Source: an uncultured delta proteobacterium (lineage in GTDB: Bacteria; Desulfobacterota; Binatia; Binatales; Binataceae). From it: 64,000 nt of DNA. Location: positions 3,785,789 to 3,849,788 of the forward strand of contig CAWEEQ010000004.1 in assembly GCA_963808235.1 (NCBI GenBank), read 5' to 3'. Position numbers and translations under genes: made by a program. The notes beneath the pieces are model-generated. The model ran no database searches and was not told the DNA's origin. It worked only from the letters and a program-made list of their open reading frames with translations. Positions 60,348 through 64,000 of this stretch are shown here, one piece after another (positions within the stretch are counted from its first letter, which is position 1; the number at the start of each line of letters is the position of its first letter).

Positions 60348-61040
60348 TTACTTTTGCTTCGCCGGAGCCTGCGGAACGATGTATTCGGCTAATTCCGTCG
60401 CCGGAAGTCCGTGTATCATTGTGTACGCATACTCGACGCCGACGCCGTACGCGCCACAGTGAGTCTTCACGATGTCCATGACCGCGTTGTATGTGTCTGT
60501 CTCCGCCCAATCGCGCTGCCATTCGAGCATCACGGATAGTGCGGTAACGGGTTTGGCGCCGGCCTGAATCACGCGCTTCATCGCATTGTCGTGAGCAAGT
60601 TGGCTCACATCGCCGCAGCAATCTTCGACCACATAGATTTCGTAGCCGTCGTGAATGGCCTGGATGGTCGGCAACGTGACGCAGGTCTCTGTCCACAGTC
60701 CGGCCAGAACGATCTTCTTTCGGCTGCTTTTTTCGATCGCCGCAACGAAGTTCTTGTCATCCCAGGCATCCATCGAGGTACGCTCGATTGGGACCTGATT
60801 CGGAAAGACAGCCTTGATCTGCGGCCAAAGATTTCCGCTGAAACTCTTGCTCTCCACCGTGCTGAGGACCACGGGAAGATCAAAGACCCTTGCCGCCTTT
60901 GCGAGCGCGACCGTGTTGTTGATGATCGATTGGCGGTCGAAATTGGAAACTCCAAAGAGCATCTGAGGCTGGTGATCGATCAGCGCCACCACGCAATTGT
61001 CCGGGGTCAGCAGTCCTTTCTCGCTGCGCTTCATAGACAT
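60348..61040 (-). CDS. YcaC-like isochorismatase-family cysteine hydrolase
   Basis: IDHQPQM, RTSMDAW, AGLWTETC, EWQRDW; AAGGAG RBS. Confidence 0.92.
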   Translation of the reverse strand: MSMKRSEKGLLTPDNCVVALIDHQPQMLFGVSNFDRQSIINNTVALAKAARVFDLPVVLSTVESKSFSGNLWPQIKAVFPNQVPIERTSMDAWDDKNFVAAIEKSSRKKIVLAGLWTETCVTLPTIQAIHDGYEIYVVEDCCGDVSQLAHDNAMKRVIQAGAKPVTALSVMLEWQRDWAETDTYNAVMDIVKTHCGAYGVGVEYAYTMIHGLPATELAEYIVPQAPAKQK

Positions 61041-61094
61041 AAGCAACTCCTTTTCTAATTGAGTTAAGTCTGATCGTCGGGACAGACGAGGGTC

Positions 61095-61110
61095 TGCAAG
61101 CGCCGTACCC
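61095..61110 (-). promoter_or_regulatory. sigma54 promoter of the ycaC-like operon
   Basis: Minus strand GGGTACGGCGCTTGCA (GG-N10-GC), about 55 nt upstream of the ATG. Confidence 0.6.
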
Positions 61111-61170
61111 GTCGCCATGCTCGCAAATTCTCCTTGATTCGGGCACCACCACGTACGACGGGACAAACAC

Positions 61171-61194
61171 GAATTCGCGAGTTCTCGCGAATTC
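61171..61194. promoter_or_regulatory. Palindrome, putative enhancer (UAS) for a sigma54 activator
   Basis: GAATTCGCGAG-TT-CTCGCGAATTC, perfect 11-2-11. Confidence 0.55.
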
Positions 61195-61373
61195 TCGAAA
61201 ACTCACGACTTCGGTTTGCGATCGTTATTGTCGCGGCGGCGTGATGTCTGGCCGCAGTGAGACGTTTGCCCCGGAGCGGGCCGTGGCACGTATTTGGCTC
61301 GTCGAGTGCCGGCGAAGCTCGTGAAGAACTCGACGCTCGAGTCGATCCGAGTCCGCGGCGCGGGAAAAAATCG

Positions 61374-61637
61374 ATGCTGAAGATCGTAAGGTCTGAGAAT
61401 CCCGACTTCGTCCTCTTCACGCTCAGCGGTCATATAGACGCCGAGCATGCCGCAGAATTGCAACTGGCCTTCGATGGAGAGGCTCTTCGAATCGTTTTGG
61501 ATCTCCGAGAGGTGAAGCGTGTCGATCGGGAAGTGGTGGTGGATCTCGCGCGCTGGAATGCAGATAGTATCAAATTCGAAAATTGCCCGGCCTACCTCCG
61601 CGAGTGGATTGCGAGGACTCAGATGGATCCTCGTTAG
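61374..61637 (+). CDS. Small STAS-like protein
   Basis: FTLSGHID...VLDLREVKRVDRE...CPAYLREWI. Confidence 0.7.
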   Translation: MLKIVRSENPDFVLFTLSGHIDAEHAAELQLAFDGEALRIVLDLREVKRVDREVVVDLARWNADSIKFENCPAYLREWIARTQMDPR

Positions 61638-63375
61638 GGGCTTTGAAGCGGTGTTTGTTGATCTTAAGTGTTCTGATCTTGGATTCCAGCGTGGACGGAC
61701 GCATGCTGAGTTTCGCCGCGGCGCCCGTGGGGCCGGACACTTGGCCGCGTGTTTCAGCCAACGCTGTTTCGATCAACGCCTTTTCCTGGGTCGCGAGCAT
61801 TTGAACTAGCGGCTGGCTCGCGGGCACGGTCCGATCAGTGTCGTGGGACAGCCAACTCTCGTCGACTGAAAACGTTTCAGTTTCGCAAAGGATCACAGAG
61901 CGCTCGATTACATTCTGCAGCTCGCGAACGTTCCCTGGCCAGGGATACGATTGAAGCAGCTCCATGCTCTCTTTGCTGATATACCGTATTTTCTTCCCCG
62001 CTTCGGTCGCGTAGCGGTCGATGAAGTACTCGACCAGGATCGGAATATCGTCCGTCCTTTCCCGGAGAGGAGGAATCTCGATGGGAAATACGTTCAAGCG
62101 ATAGAACAGGTCGCTGCGAAAAGCGCCGTTTGCCATGGCGGCTTTTAGATCTCGGTTGCTGGCGGAGATCACTCGGACGTCTGCTCGAATTGGCTGATTA
62201 CCGCCGACGCGCTCGAACTGACGCTCCTGAAGTACGCGTAGTAGAGCAATCTGGGTCTCGTTGGGAAGCTCGCCGACCTCGTCGAGGAACAGCGTGCCGC
62301 CCTCGGCCATCTCGAAGCGGCCAAGACGGCGCTGCGACGCTCCGGTGAAGGCTCCTTTCTCGTGACCGAAGAGTTCCGAGGCGATCAACGATTGCGGTAT
62401 CGCCGCACAGTTCACGCTCACGAACGGCCGCGAGGATCGTAACGATCGCTTGTGGATCGCGCGGGCGATGAGCTCCTTACCCGTTCCGGTCTCACCGGCG
62501 ATAAGGATCGTGGACTCAGTCGGCGCAACCTTGGCGACTCGAGTTAAGACTGCTCGCAGAGTGGACGAAGTTCCGACAATCTCCTCGAACATCGAAGCCT
62601 TGTCGACTTCCTCGCGAAGCGCGAGGTTCTCATTCTGCACTCTCTCTTCTGCTTGTTTCAGAGCTTCGATTTCAGTCCCCGTCACGAACCAACGAAGGAC
62701 CCGTCCGTCACAGTCCCGAAGAGGGTTGAAGCGATACAGAAACCAGCGATAGAGACCGTCCTTCCCCTTCATTCGTGCTTCGAGTTCGAACTGCACAGCG
62801 CGGGAACCCCACTGAGGCGTGCTCGTCACCTTGTCCCAATCGTCCGGATGGATCACCGTCCGCTCAAAGTCTGGTTCTAGAAACTCCTCGAAGGTGCGGC
62901 CAAGATAGTCAAGGGTGGCTCGGTTCGCGTAGATACTGCGTCCATCGGGCTCGCGGATAACGATGAGCTGTGGAACGTAATCAACGAGGTCGCGAAGCTC
63001 CTTCTCGGCTCGCTTCAGGTCCTCGATATCCGTACTCGTTCCGAACCATCTGACGACGTTGCCATGCTCGTCGCGAACCGGTTCGGCTCGAATCAGGAAC
63101 CAGCGATACTCTCCGTCAAACCGCCGCATGCGGGCTTCCGCCCCGCCCGGTTCTCCAGAAAGCAGAATGGCTCGCAACTTCTCCATCACGCTGGCCAGTT
63201 CGTCTGGGTGAAATGCGCGGTGCCAGCCCTGACCGAGGGTCTCGGCTCGTGAAAGCCCTGTGTAATCGAGCCACCGTTTATTGGTAAATTCATTGGCGCC
63301 ATCAGGCAGACAGCACCAGGCCAGCGCGGGGATGGTATCGATCATGTTCCGGAGCTGAGCTTCCGATGGATACAT
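61570..63375 (-). CDS. PAS-PAS sigma54-dependent enhancer-binding protein (FhlA/NtrC-like)
   Basis: GETGTGKE, GHEKGAFTGA, FLDEVGE, WPGNVREL, C-terminal HTH; start uncertain. Confidence 0.93.
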   Translation of the reverse strand: MYPSEAQLRNMIDTIPALAWCCLPDGANEFTNKRWLDYTGLSRAETLGQGWHRAFHPDELASVMEKLRAILLSGEPGGAEARMRRFDGEYRWFLIRAEPVRDEHGNVVRWFGTSTDIEDLKRAEKELRDLVDYVPQLIVIREPDGRSIYANRATLDYLGRTFEEFLEPDFERTVIHPDDWDKVTSTPQWGSRAVQFELEARMKGKDGLYRWFLYRFNPLRDCDGRVLRWFVTGTEIEALKQAEERVQNENLALREEVDKASMFEEIVGTSSTLRAVLTRVAKVAPTESTILIAGETGTGKELIARAIHKRSLRSSRPFVSVNCAAIPQSLIASELFGHEKGAFTGASQRRLGRFEMAEGGTLFLDEVGELPNETQIALLRVLQERQFERVGGNQPIRADVRVISASNRDLKAAMANGAFRSDLFYRLNVFPIEIPPLRERTDDIPILVEYFIDRYATEAGKKIRYISKESMELLQSYPWPGNVRELQNVIERSVILCETETFSVDESWLSHDTDRTVPASQPLVQMLATQEKALIETALAETRGQVSGPTGAAAKLSMRPSTLESKIRTLKINKHRFKAPNEDPSESSQSTRGGRPGNFRI

Positions 63376-63670
63376 CTCGCTGAAACCTGCTCGATGATAT
63401 AGCGCTCTTGAGGTGGAGGCGCGAGCGTTCCGACACCGCCAGGTGCTGCGACCTCGAAGGCGCAATTCGAGCTCGTTTGCGCATAGATCACGAAACATCG
63501 TTACTGCGCCCTACCCGCGAGGAACGACCAAATTCGGCGGAGGTTATGCCAGCCTCCGGGAGAGTTGGATATGCACCCACCACACCCTTCGCAAGAGTCT
63601 CAAAAGGTTCCGGCGGATTAGCCAAGCTCGCCATGCTCTGACCTTCGCGGAAAACCGAAATCAAAAATTG

Positions 63671-63905
63671 TGGGCAGTAATTGGGCACTCTGGCGAGCCT
63701 CGGATTGCGCGGATCGCCGTAAGTACCTAATAAATAAGGGCGGAGGAGGAAGGGGCCCGGTGGCCCCACCGGTCTTCAAATCCCTTTCTGCACGCCACAA
63801 CAGATAACTCAGGGTTCGGTAGCTAGCGAAATCGTAGCCTTTTCTGCTGCCAACGTTACGTTGGACTACGCGGATGAAGGCTGAAGTGGGCACTCAGTGG
63901 GCAGT
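63671..63905 (+). mobile_element. att-like site with paired TGGGCA(C/G)T direct repeats on both sides of a tRNA-Sec fragment
   Basis: Repeats at 63671, 63682, 63887 and 63898 (11-bp spacing within each pair). Confidence 0.6.
63742..63780 (+). tRNA. selC: 5' half of tRNA-Sec, truncated after the anticodon loop (fragment)
   Basis: GGAGGAGG acceptor strand, 6-bp D stem GGGGCC-CGGT-GGCCCC, ACCGGT, loop CTTCAAA (anticodon TCA); the expected 3' strand ACCGG is absent. Confidence 0.8.
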
Positions 63906-64000
63906 GCGGTTCGAATCCGAGGTCGCGGCAAGTTCAGTCCAAGACCTCGAAATAGCTGTTGATTCATGTCGATGATTCTGGGGCGCTGCGGATTGGAGAT

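Noticed and set aside
63903-63920. GGTTCGAATCC T-loop-like motif as the missing 3' half of tRNA-Sec (intron-split tRNA)
   Set aside because: Only a 3-bp stem, no CCTCCTCC acceptor complement or CCA, and no recognisable group I intron core

Overview
GC-rich bacterial DNA; the gene style recalls Candidatus Binatota/deltaproteobacteria-like soil lineages, but that is an impression only. The window has two parts. (1) About 1-25.3 kb is core-like chromosome: the end of the atp operon (atpD, atpC) followed by a perfect parS site, aroA, glnE, a Fur-box-preceded cupredoxin/haem/porin-like trio, a cobalamin riboswitch-btuB-cobU/cobS/cobT/bluB cobamide salvage locus, and a redox gene run containing a UGA-recoded PrdB/GrdB-like selenoprotein with a SECIS-like hairpin. 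(2) About 25.3-64 kb is accessory, island-like DNA. It contains an arylsulfatase (about 7 frameshifts)/octaheme-TPR cytochrome/FixJ-type two-component/outer-membrane cluster tied together by a repeated palindrome; a sigma54-type XRE + HExxH (ImmA/IrrE-like) peptidase + two hybrid kinases + Hpt + receiver module; an integrase remnant; and a ycaC-amidohydrolase-XapX-porin-glyoxalase-MFS operon with a sigma54 promoter and adjacent activator. At the right edge is the 5' half of a tRNA-Sec cut at the anticodon loop and flanked on both sides by paired direct repeats (attP-like). All calls come from reading motifs by eye; no database searches were run.
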